Shown in pieces: positions 1-11,577 of a stretch of 32,147 bases of DNA. Location: contig NW_014577063.1 in NCBI RefSeq assembly GCF_000485595.1, forward strand, positions 480,632 through 512,778, written 5' to 3'. Origin of the DNA: Priapulus caudatus (taxonomy: Eukaryota). Every line of letters begins with the position of its first letter. Position 1 is the first letter of the stretch. The notes below the pieces were generated by a model. That model worked only from the letters and a program-made list of their open reading frames with translations. It was not told where the DNA came from and made no database searches. The position numbers were made by a program, and so were the translations under genes.

Positions 1-1500
1 ATTTAATAAAATAAACCAAAATCGCATGGGGGGGAGATAGTGAGCGTGTCCTAACAATGATGTGTACGCAACTGCGTATCTGCATATCTGCGCCTAACAA
101 ATGTGTCACTACGCACAACTGAAATTGTACGTTCATAACCGTAGCAACAGACCCCAAATGAGCCCAGACGCTCTGCGGCTCTTGTTGCTATTACTACTAT
201 GTTCGTGTTTTTCCCCAATCTTTTCCCTGTTGATATTGGTGCAAGTGTCATCCAAGCTATGCAAACAGTTCCTCCCTATCCATATATGTCTCGTATATTT
301 GGATGCAGTGGTAAAATAAGAAAATGGTAAAAGGAACTGCGGTAAGTTTTGATTTCGAATGGGCAAGCATGCTGGGTGTATGTGCTAGTGTGTTTCAAAC
401 GTATACCACTGTTTTTTTTCACAGATTGTTGATGCAGTACTTAAAATCCGGGAGGGAGAAGATGTGGAACAACTAACCAACTCCTCCTCACCATGTGTCC
501 TCTTGTAGAAATAGGATTGGAGAGAATGCTTCTGACATTTTAGCCAATTATATGTAATTAGACGGCATTTTCTATTAAAGTATTGGCTGCTTCTTTATCA
601 TTTTTAATGACGAATTGCAACTAAAACTGTTCGAAACGTTGTTACTCCGATGACCAGAATGTCCAGCACAGCCTATTACTAGTGTGGAAAATGTCATTCA
701 AATTTACAAATGCATTGTAAATTTGTAAGAAAATGAAGATTACTACTTTCATCAATGGAAAATTTTAATTCAGTCATCCTATATGCAATCGTAATTATGG
801 GATTTAAACAGCACAATAACCTAGAACTATATATTGAAGATGAGTATTTTCAAAACTTCATCCTCAGTATATAGATAGACAAAACGTGAAATGATTAAAA
901 TTTCAATAAAAATTCTCCCGAATTTTAAATTGATTAATATTTCAATAATATTAAAGTTTATTTCATCATAAAACCTACTTAATTAACATTAGTCTCGGAT
1001 GTGTGTGGGATTTTGTGAAAGCAGCAATATTTATATATTTATATGTATATACATATCTATTTATATATTTGCAGCATGTCCTGCTGCTGCTATCACTTGG
1101 TCATGATTGGTTGAGACTGGTGCATACGCCGTAACTCCGTACGCCCGCGTACACATATGGCTTACAAAAACAAATAAATCCAGTCCTACGCACTGCGCCA
1201 CGCTTGAATTCTTGAATATTGTTGATGCAATTGTTGTGCATCTTTTAAGAAAATATGCTTGTTTTTGTGGTACTTTTATTAACAAAGCTGAATTTTGATG
1301 CATTTCCATCGATCTTACCGCAAAGCGCTCGGTTCTAATTTTCTTACTATTGATACAGAGGTAAGAGAGATATGCAAAAAATATGAACACAAATACAGCC
1401 AAATTGGCACATTTTGTGCAGTTTTCATGGTTTCAAAGTGCCCCTGTCTCGGCTCTCACATGGGGCATTTTCTCACCAGATGTGCGTGGCGTCTCACCTC

Positions 1501-1533
1501 GCTGCCTAGGCGCAAAGCGGCGAGGCAGCTCGT
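1501..1533 (+). mobile_element. Helitron-like 3' terminal hairpin
   Basis: Stem GCTGCCT...AGGCAGC ending in CTCGT, resembling the hairpin plus CTRR|T end of Helitrons; followed by (TA)n. Confidence 0.35.
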
Positions 1534-2470
1534 ATATATATATTATATATATATATATAAGAGTTAAAATGCATTTCTACCTCATAGACTCGCTTACAAC
1601 AGTACAATAGCTGTCTAAACATTTTGTTGTTATTCAGAGATTACGTAAGTTTGACAGTTGTAAATGCAATTAGACATGCATGCAGTTCTTGTTATCTAAA
1701 ATTATTTTAGGAGTCATTTGAACTCTGCAATAGACCATAATTATCTCTAACGTGTTATTGCACTGAGATCATATGGATATATTATATGCAAGTAGCATAT
1801 TTTTTAATAACAAGACTTGTATATAAAGGATTTAGCTGCAATGCCCCTTTAATGTGCAGGTTTCCTTATTATTTTGTGATGAAATGTACTCACATGCTAG
1901 TGACTTATAACTACGCATTAGGATGGGAATGTGATTATTTGCGTGCGCACAATCGGCCCTCGGTCCTGCTACCAAATTCGTTTTTTGGACAAATTTATTG
2001 ATACTGACGATTTAAACGTCCAATGATCACATTTTCTTATATATATGGCAGGTAGTATACTCTTTCCTATTTCATAATTTGGTGGAAAGAGATATATTAT
2101 ATAGTTATATATAAACATGCATGTCACTTATTTACATACGTGGTTGATTAATAAACGTATTACATACACTAGGCTGGCTCTATCTTTGTTTATAAGATCC
2201 GATCATCACTCTAATATCGCTGGAGGAAAACTACCCTATCACTGCCGGACAGCGCTTCTATTGGTGTGGACATATGCAAACACGTGTTTTTATGTATCTG
2301 TGGTGTTGCATATGCGATTCATTCATGAACGTTATAAACAATAAACATTGTATCAAGAGCTAATAATACATTGCATTATGCTTTAATACATGTATTCTTA
2401 TAGCTCTTGGTTGTATCTATACGTTATATCTATACTACGTTAACTCATTTCGCTCCGGGAAGGGGGCACC

Positions 2471-2822
2471 GGCACTTGGAACGTTTAAATTAAAAAAATA
2501 TGGTAAATAAACACGAAAATGTATTTACTACCAAAGTCAAAATTTTCTCTACCAATGTTTCTCTACTTTCTTTCGCCTATTATTCTCTATTCTCTTTTTC
2601 TTGCCGATAATTTCCTGTAAATGCCGTTTAAAGGCTCCTCTGGAATACATGAGTAGGCCTACACTGCACACACGCCGTTGTACAGAGGGGGATATGCACG
2701 GCATTTACAGGAAGTTATCGGCAATAATAGGCGAAATGGAGTAGAGAAACATTAAGACTTTGGTAGTAAATACATTTCGTGTTAATTTACCATCATTTTA
2801 CTATTGAAACGTTCCAAGTGCC
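2471..2822. mobile_element. Fold-back / MITE-like inverted repeat
   Basis: Arm 2471-2627 (ggcacttggaacgttt...tttcctgtaaatgccgt) is the imperfect reverse complement of 2698-2822 (acggcatttacaggaa...aaacgttccaagtgcc), with a spacer of about 70 nt. Confidence 0.8.
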
Positions 2823-2940
2823 TGTGGAAGAAGGGGTGAAAAGTCACACGCGGTTTATGTTCTGGGCAATTGACCGTTAGCAGTTCGCCAACGGCCATGT
2901 AATGGTTTGTACATTTCGACGCGTACAACCAACACCAGGT

Positions 2941-3030
2941 CACAACCAGTTCAGTCAACACCAGTTCAGTCAACACCAGTTCAGTCAACACCAATTCAGT
3001 CAACACCAGTTCAGTCAACACCAGTTCACA
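2941..3030. repeat. 15-bp minisatellite (CAACACCAGTTCAGT)n, about 6 copies
   Basis: Direct tandem units are visible and explain the HQFSQ/TELVL repeat ORFs. Confidence 0.92.
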
Positions 3031-3303
3031 ACTTCACAACCAACACCAGGTGAAATACGCACGCTGGCAACAAGTTGGTGTTTTCACCTCGACATTAATT
3101 CTCACATGTAAGAGGTGATTGAAGCTTTACGTTTTCTTACAGGGTTTTTCTGCCATCTATCAAGTAGATTACTCATGCGTGCATACGACATATTGATTCT
3201 GTCAGTTAGCAGCGGCTGAAAAAAGCATGTAAAAAACTTGTGAAATGATATATGTCTGTAGCGTGCAGGCAACGGGGCAACGCGAGGAGAACGCGTGATT
3301 GGA

Positions 3304-3514
3304 GCAGCCGGCTGAAAGGTGCGATAGGATATGTTTACTAGGCACTTCTAATTTTAACATATATTTTACGATATATTAAAGAATGATGCAAAAACCCTCA
3401 AAAGTGCCCTAACTATAACCCTAACCCTAACCCTGACCCTAATTAAATTTAAAATATATGTTAAAATTAGAAGTGCCTAGTAAACATATCCTATCGCACC
3501 TTTCAGCCGGCTGC
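3304..3514. mobile_element. MITE with ~65-bp TIRs, 9-bp TSD and telomere-like core (Mutator-like)
   Basis: TIR gcagccggctgaaaggtgcgataggatatgtttactaggcacttctaattttaacatatatttt and its reverse complement. GTGATTGGA flanks both sides (3295-3303, 3515-3523). Internal (TAACCC)n near 3416-3441. Confidence 0.85.
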
Positions 3515-3958
3515 GTGATTGGACGGGAGCCGGGAAATACCGGAAAAAATTTTGCGTAAAACGCGTATACATGTATATATATATATATACAGAGAGAGAG
3601 AGGAAGCAAATGATTAATTGATAGCATTGATAGCCACGTATATGAGAGTAATGGGCATATCTATATAATAATTTGAGTAGTGTCGTTCTGTTTGTTCCTG
3701 CATAACTTCTAGGCGCGTGCACAAATCCGGCTGAAATTTTTCGTGCTTCATTCCTACGCATCAGGTTCGATTCTAACACTTTGCGTTTTGTTATTTATTG
3801 GGTTCAATGTTTAAAAAAAAAAAATTTAGAAAATCTAATGCAAAATCTCCCTGGAAAACATGCACGATTCAGTTCACTTCCGCTAGGTGCGCTGGCTGTA
3901 GACTTACAAACACGCAACCACAGGCTAAGGGTCAGTAGTCTGTCACGTAACCTTGCAG

Positions 3959-4152
3959 CAGGGGCGTGTACAGGGGGGGGGGTCCCCTGCTCGCGCAGAA
4001 AACGCATCTAAGGGGGTCTAATTTCAAATTTTTTCTGGAGGACGGGCCCAGGGATCGCTCCGCGTTCGCGTGCTCGGCAAGTTTGGGTGTACGCATTAGA
4101 GCCCCCCCCCCCCTGGTTACAGAATCCTGTAGGGGGGCCTACACGCGCCCTG
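3959..4152. mobile_element. GC-rich MITE with CAGGG...CCCTG termini
   Basis: Starts CAGGGGCGTGTA and ends TACACGCGCCCTG, with internal G and C runs. Flanks TTGCAG / GTGCAG form a near 6-bp TSD. Confidence 0.55.
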
Positions 4153-4230
4153 GTGCAGTGGATTCGCCAGGGCACACGCGCGCTGGCTGTGATCAAGTCT
4201 CCGCTCCAGCTGCACGCTAGCACTCAGCGA

Positions 4231-4342
4231 TATCTATCTATCAATGCTATCTATTTTTCCATCTATCTATCTATCTATCCTATCAATCTATCTATCTATC
4301 TATATATATATATATATATATATATATCTATATATATATTAT
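4231..4342. repeat. (CTAT)n/(TA)n microsatellite
   Basis: Directly visible. Confidence 0.9.
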
Positions 4343-4354
4343 ATCCATTAATCA

Positions 4355-4668
4355 AATGTGAACATGTGACCCTTGACCTTGGGTGAGAGGCTGCTGGCAA
4401 AATCAAGTAGGGTTCGCACCGCCCCTAAGGTGCCACCTCTGGACGCAAGTTTGGAAGTTACTACCTCCAACGGTTTCAGAAATATCGAGCAGCACAGACA
4501 GACACGTCCACACGCCGCGTGCCACAGGTCGTCGAGGGGGCGGCGCAACGCACGCGGCGCACGGCACGCACCGTGTGACTGGCGCAGTCACGACACACAC
4601 AACACAGATGCACAAACGGCGCGAAAACAATACGTTCCGCTACGTACACTACGTGCGGAGGATATAAA
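4355..4668. mobile_element. Helentron/DINE-1-like non-autonomous element fragment
   Basis: GTGACCCTTGACCTT motif, CAGA/CA-type microsatellite, and terminal hairpin ccgctacgta...tacgtgcgga ending in an A-run. Same architecture as other such elements in the window. Confidence 0.5.
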
Positions 4669-5068
4669 CATATAAACCATTACTGCGAAGCGTTTGCATA
4701 CATTTTTCCAAGAATCATTACTACAGTCAAACACCGTTAGTAGAAAACTGACGGCCAAAAGAAAAATAATCGTATTAAACGGGTCCCGTATATTACATTA
4801 GCCTTAATTTGAAGAGAAAAACAATGGATTAGAAGGTGTGTACAAAGTGTTTTATATAGAAATGAATATACCGGAAAGAAAATTTTATGTTAGTAACAGG
4901 ATCCTTGTATTATTTTCTTCGTATCAAGTTAATATTTTACTAAAAGATTACTATGAATCGGGGCGGGATTTAGAGACATCGTAGTCTCATCAGCGTAACG
5001 AGCGAATATGGCCGCCCGAGGCGGCTATTTTGCGAGTATGCATACGGGTACGTTCCTCGTGCATGTAC

Positions 5069-5069
<1 letters not shown>

Positions 5070-5104
<35 letters not shown>

Positions 5105-5105
5105 T
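5070..5105. repeat. (GCGT)n microsatellite
   Basis: Directly visible. Confidence 0.9.
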
Positions 5106-7101
5106 ATGCCCCGAACGTGTGCAATACGTCGCTGTGTCACGCAATATCAATGCGTGCGTGTGTCACAGGAATACAACTAGGTAACCTAAGCGTCCATGTG
5201 CTAAAATATATGCAGCTGTGAGCTGTGAGACGCGCGACTAGCTATTCTATAGGCTTTCCACAAGGACACAGTTTTTTTATGACAATGCCGTTTTTTATTT
5301 GTCCTTGCAGAAATTTATCAACCCTCATGTGCAAATATATCTCAAATATAAATGCCTCGGATCCATGAATTCCTCTGCATGTTTTATGGCGAAGATTGAT
5401 AACGGCAACATCAATGCACTTCTTATTTCATTATAGGACATGTATTATTATTACATGTAAAATAAAGAATAAAACTCATAATAAAAACATTTATTAGACT
5501 AAAGCTTTCATAACATTTTTTCTTTTATTTAATACATGTTTGACATGTTGATACATGCGCGGAATTCTTTTGACCGAAATGTAACCGATGTTTTGATTCA
5601 ATTTTCAAAGTGGACGACAAGTTTTTTTTTGTGACTCAAAGTGAGCAAACATGCATATGTTGTGACTAAAAAAGTACACATTTAATTTACACATAGTCTA
5701 AATGTAAAAATTGACTGGCACCCATAACAGGCGCACTTCTTTGGTAAAGCACGAGGTATTGTTACTTGTGCGACCGTAGTCATCGTCGTCAGTGAATACA
5801 TATCACAGATGAGCACGACCTGTGTTCAACAAGAAATCAAAGATGAATCACGCCATTGTCATTCTGTGCGCAGTTCCCATGGTCCCTGCGCACTGGATCA
5901 GTCAAGCACGGGAGTAGAGTCCCTCTATATAAAAGGACACTACACGGGAGGTCGCCGTAGCGCCCCCTACCAGTGTTTTCATTAGTAATCGACCTTGCAC
6001 CAATTATAGCTCTGATCCTTAATCAAATGTCTACACTCATCTCTTCATGTGGCTGCACCCGATTGGGTGGCAAGATTATTGACATAATTTAAGTAGAGGT
6101 ATTGATGGAATGTACGAGTATTCAGCTCTCAACAAGTTGACACTGCCTACATACATCCGACTTTCTACAGATTAGTGCGTAAATTTAACAAACACTGAAC
6201 ACAATTTTAAACTGTAAAAAACTCACTTGCAATATACAACCCTGCACAGTGCACACCTAGAATAACCACCTGCTTACTGCGCGAACGCAAGTGTTGGCAA
6301 GTGTGACATGACGTGCGTGAAACCGACCATACTGTTAAACATCAGGTATATCCATGTCCGCAGGTAGATTCACTTCGCTCGCTAAAATGCAAAAGCACAT
6401 CTGCTATGACAGAAACTAGTGCGCGGATGACTAAAACGAACAACTAGTGTTCAATAACTCTACATCCCAAACCCGGAGCAGTGACCGTAGGCGTGTATAT
6501 CCACGTCTTTGTGCGTGCGTGTGAAACACACGTCACATAACTATTATGTCAAATGCAGACGTGACGACGCAAATGATTGGGAAAAATATGTGCTATAGTT
6601 TTGTTTGTCCTAAAACATCGATACTGAAGCGCATTATACTACAATATGAAATATTCACTTTGAAAACTGATGATCCGTAATTTAAAGCGAATGAAAACAA
6701 AACTATAGAATAGAGAAATTCCAGCTTATCGGAGCCTCTACACACAGCGCAGCTGTACGTTAGGCATATACTACTAGGAGTGTCATAATGCAGAGAAGTG
6801 TCTACATTATGACACTGCCGATACTACCATCATGTGTCCACCAGCGATTTCATGGATAAACAGATGAATAACTTAGAAGGCAATTACATAAATAATATCT
6901 CTACACTTCGTTGCTGCAATGCTTTTAGGGACAGTGTAAAGTAGTTCAATTCTTTATATCAACACCGGTGTTGGAAAAAAGAGGACATACATCTTTCCCT
7001 TGCCCCTTAGGTGACCATTCTTGTAGCCATTCGCCACATATTAAAAATGCCAGAGTAACAATCGGGAAAAAAATTTGACTGCAATTGAATTTGTTATCTA
7101 A

Positions 7102-7271
7102 AGCCTGGCGCACATTGCCGAACATTTTCCCGAACAAATGTTCGTCCGAACAAATGTTTTTGTCAGGCAATGTGCGGGTGAACAATTGCTGACCGCACAT
7201 TGCCGAACATTTCATGGAACATTGCTACGATAATGTTTTTGAGCAAAATGTTCGGCAATGTGCGCCGGGCT
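7102..7271. mobile_element. PIF/Harbinger-like MITE, internally deleted copy of the 9282-9726 family
   Basis: TIR AGCCYGGCGCACATTGCCGAACATTTT, flanked by TAA/TTA. Nearly identical to both ends of 9282-9726 in opposite orientation. Confidence 0.85.
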
Positions 7272-7989
7272 TTAGCGAACACTGAGAATCCAAGACCGAA
7301 TATTTAATTTCTTCTCTCATACCGTTATTAAACGAGCATGATCTCTATGCAATATGCCAGGACGACGGAACAATGGCGTATAATTGCAGATATTTTCTTC
7401 AGGATTTTAATATCCAACTCAAAACTGTTTGTCGACATGACAAAACTAACATCAAATGTATAGCATATACGTTAAAATGCACAAAAGTAGACCAAGATTC
7501 TGGTGGTAACCTTTCACGTTACACTGCTAAATGTCAATTAAAGGTTTCCTTATCCATTAGAAACACTGGAAAGGTCAATGACAAGTTCTTAGTTGTACAA
7601 AAACTCAAGCGGCACTAACGCATGATAAATGAATTACCATGGCCTGAGCAGAACCAGCCTGTCAACGGACGCCAAAGACTACACTTATAACCCACATTAC
7701 TATGTCAGACCTTTCATTGTAATCCCATGTAATAACACCTATAATGAAATGTCATTAGTAAAAAAATTTTACAAGATCGAAATAACTGGACGAGACATTC
7801 GATTTCAGACAGTAATGGCATTTCCTAGGCATCATTTTCTTAAGATGCGCCGCTATACGAGTTGCAATTGGTAACAATGATAACAGGCATTTGAAGGTTA
7901 TTTACACATAAATTAGATAGATATAATGGCAGCTGGTTGACGGACAGTAGTGTGTAACTTTTTCTGAGTTGAAATTTTTAACATACATA

Positions 7990-8421
7990 CAGTCAAACCT
8001 GTATAAAACAGCCACTTAAGACAAAACAGCCTTTGCAGACAGGTGGCCATCATATTACAGGCCAATTTTCCAATTGCCAATTGCCAATTGCCAATATGCG
8101 AGATATACAATGTATATTATGGGCTTGTATTTTAAGTTTAATTGTAAGTATTTTTTGTTTTTTTAGTGTCATGCTCTTTTTGTCGTTCCATTGCTTCCCC
8201 ATTTCCAGCTTTCTGGTAGGGACATTCTACCCCATTTACATCAATCTCAGTAAGCCACATCGGATGAAAACGACATGAACCATACAAAATCAGTGGGCAT
8301 TAGACACACTGAGCAGTTAGCCGCTCTGTACAGCATTTATAACGCAGCATTTTCCAATTTTTATAGCTGCTACGTGTAGGTGGACATTCTACAGATATGA
8401 CAAGTAACACAGGTTTGACTG
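7990..8421. mobile_element. pogo/Tigger-like (Tc1/mariner) MITE
   Basis: TA|CAGTCAAACCTGT ... ACAGGTTTGACTG|TG: 13-bp TIR with a TA TSD mutated on one side. Confidence 0.7.
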
Positions 8422-8499
8422 TGTGCAACTATACACAGTGTGGATTGCTATTTCCCTGAATACCTCATTGCACCAGCAGGACACTCCATGAACAAGTAT

Positions 8500-8985
8500 C
8501 GCGTTCACACGGTAATCGTTTGGCTCGAGCTAAATGGGCTAAATTTGGCTCAGGCTAAATCAAGTGAATACTGTCTGTCAAATTCAAATTCAAATTCAAA
8601 TAAATTTTATTGCACAAATATCTCACAGATACTTAGGCAGTATGTCACGAGATGGCGTTGTGTAGGATTCAGTGTTTACTTCCGTTCCGAGTTCAATTAT
8701 CAATCTTAAAAACATGCATCCTGATCAAATTTTTCACATTTTTATACTGTTTTGGACTTTATTTCGTCGAAGTACACGTTCGACACTCGTGGCATCTACC
8801 GTTCTACCGATTTAGCTGGTGCTAAAATTTGGCTCGGGCCTGGTCAGACGTTTACGATGGGACCAAATTGGCTCGTGCTAACTCGGCACGGCCCCGAAAA
8901 ACCGTCCGTGTCAACGCACAGCTCGAGCCAAATTTGGCGCGGGCCTAATTAGGCTCGGGCTAAAAACGTCCGTGTGAACGCGCCC
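8500..8985. mobile_element. Degenerate Harbinger-like MITE interrupted by a probable LINE tail
   Basis: CGCGTTCACACGG ... CCGTGTGAACGCG inverted motifs, with repeated TTGGCTCGRGCTAA subterminal motifs at both ends. Confidence 0.55.
8578..8625 (-). mobile_element. Probable non-LTR retrotransposon 3' tail
   Basis: Minus strand reads AATAAAATTTA(TTTGAA)n: a polyA-like signal followed by a short tandem tail, as in L2/CR1-group LINE ends. Confidence 0.45.
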
Positions 8986-9281
8986 AAGGTAAAGCGCAAA
9001 ATTGTAAATGTTTTAGTGACTATATAACATATGTGTATAGGCCATCCGTACTAACCGAGCTTTTAATCACTCAAGATTATGCATGTTTAAAAAACAAAAT
9101 TTCAATAAAACGAAATTGATGGCAATGGAATAGTGTGAATTGAAGGTGACAAAACTTTTGTTGCTTAATAAAGCTAGAAGGCTATTGCAACACAAAATAC
9201 GAACTGTACATGTGATGTATCATATAAATGTATACATAACATGAATCAAGCCCCGTCATAGTTAATCACGGGGCTGGGTAA

Positions 9282-9726
9282 AGCCCGGCGCACATTGCCA
9301 AACATTTTGCTCAAAAACATTATCGTAGCAATGTTCCATGAAATGTTCGGCAATGTGCGGTGAAAAAAGTCGCCGAACATTTGTGCCGAACAATGTTTCT
9401 GAAGATCGGAAATGTTTGATATCTCAAACATTGTTCGTCGAATGTTCGTCAATGTGCGCTGAATGTCGAACAATTCTAGGAACATTTGTAAAGTAGTAAC
9501 CAATAGCAGCACGATATGTGGTCACATGATTTTTGTGCCCAATCATGCACCGATCACGTGACTCCACTCCCGTACAACACAGCTACTAGACGGCGCCACG
9601 AGGTTGTTCGCTGCAAAATGTTTGGCAATGTGCGCTCAGCAATTGTTCACCCGCACATTGCCAGACAAAAACATTTGTTCGGACAAACATTTGTTCGGGA
9701 AAATGTTCGGCAATGTGCGCCAGGCT
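9282..9726. mobile_element. PIF/Harbinger-like MITE (445 bp)
   Basis: TIR AGCCCGGCGCACATTGCC / GGCAATGTGCGCCAGGCT, perfect TAA TSD (9279-9281, 9727-9729), and multiple internal copies of the CACATTGCCGAACATT motif. Confidence 0.88.
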
Positions 9727-11417
9727 TAACAATACAGTATACCATTGAAAAGATATTGGCTCGTTTCTAACGTTGAAATACATTCTGTAACTAAAGCCAA
9801 TGTCAAATGGATTTTACTCATATTAACCGTCTCAAATCTGTCATAATATCTGTCTCACTGTTGGAGCCATTTGCGTTTCTATCAGTTAATCTCAATCGCC
9901 ACATCATAAACATACCCATGGACTGACGTGATCACTCTAGTACGGCCAGCAATTATAATACTAATCAAGAATAACATCCCTGCAGGAAAATAGTTGGTGT
10001 GATATCTCATTGTGCTAGCATAATTCAAAGTTTACTTAGATTAGAGGAAGCAAATGTGACTATTTATATCCAATAGGCAAAACATTTTAGGTTGTAATGG
10101 TTCAACAATGCATTCTGATTCCTAGTTGTCCCTGTACTATAATTCAAACTGTTACTGCGGAATGGTCACGCGATATTAAAACTCGAACTGGTTCATGCAA
10201 AGAGGCCACTTGGTCTTAAAAGACACTGCTTATTAGGTGGAGCTCAAGTATATATTATTGATATAGGCCATCTAAATAACCAAAACCACAAAATGCATTT
10301 TTACTTTTAGCACGTTACAATAGAATCTTAACTGAGATCGACTCTACTTGTGTAGTCACTCATTTCCGATAGATTTAGGAAGGAGACTGGACTGGAGAAT
10401 TAACTGGGTGCCTGCAGCAACATTAAAAATATAATTTTACGTTCTTAGACTCTCTTAAGTAATGGGGCAAACTTTTTTACTTCCTTACTATTTTATGTAT
10501 AAAAATAGAGGAAATACTGAGATGTCGGAACTAAGCTAGCTAGATTAAGATGGGCGGCTAGAGAGCTAATTTATGTCTTGATGGGCTTGGCACAGGATAA
10601 TTTAACATATAGTAGACAGATGCAGGTAGTCAATTATTTTGACAAACTGAAGTTGTTTTGATGATTTTAATAGTGGGTGGGACACATTACGATGCTTGAC
10701 CAACACTTACCAGCCAAGACCTCTGGCCAATAAAATATCTGAAATAAAGTGAAATTTAACAATGCTCATCACTTAAAACACAGTTCAAGACTAACGTGGA
10801 CCTTGTTGGAAATTTTGTGTAAAGTTTGCAACCCCACACTTGTGACCCTGCGGATTAATTACATGCCACAGAAATCAATACAAATAAAACAACCTCCAAT
10901 TAATAAAATGTTAAAAATGGTTGGAAAAATGTTAATTACAAACAGAAGCGATTGATCACATGTGCCTCAGCAACCAGTGATCATCGATCACACCATTGGG
11001 TCGACTAGATACTATTCTCTAGCAATCAAGCCTTTGCCAAACGGGCTTTTTGTTCGGGTGCTCGTTGAGATGTCAATAAGAAATTGAGGGGTAAAATAAC
11101 GATTACCACTACCTTTACCGCGAGCACGGCGTCGGGGTGGGCACGTCACCTCACATCTGATGACACACCGCGCGAGGCACTGTCAATTCATTCATACAGA
11201 AAATACATTGCACGGACGCACACTCCCTTCCCTCCGGCTTTCTCGAGAAAATTTACAGCGATTTGGATTACCGTTGAATGTGGACGCGAGTGCGAGAAAT
11301 CGTTGAACTGACTACACATCACCAAAACCGACCATGGGAAGAACACGGCTTGCCTGCGACGGCGGCGGCGCCGCCGCGCACCGAGCGTGAGAGCTGCAGG
11401 CAGACGGGAGGGTGTCG

Positions 11418-11577
11418 CTACTCGGCTGCAGCGTCCTGCGTCGCAACGTTCCGCTTGTACGCCGCGGTCGCCGCCGGCGATGTTCCGTTCATCCTCACGC
11501 CATCGGGGCCCGCCCCGTTCCTGCACTTCTCCTCCTCCATGATCGCACTCATCCCAGATGACTGCTCTCTCAGCACC
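11418..11577 (-). CDS. CERS1: Probable CERS1 terminal coding exon 7 (160 nt to TAG)
   Basis: Acceptor ccttgtag|G GTG fits the phase 2 end of exon 6. Open frame [52 protein letters not shown] then TAG at 11420-11418, with GC-rich coding-like composition. The tail is poorly conserved, so support is structural only. Confidence 0.7.

Noticed and set aside
2782..3111. ORFs with TELVL / HQFSQ repeats; possible CRISPR-like array
   Set aside because: Pure 15-bp tandem repeat with no spacers; the ORFs are by-products.
4724..4800. Tigger-like left end TA|CAGTCAAACACCGTTA
   Set aside because: No matching right TIR found; too fragmentary to call.
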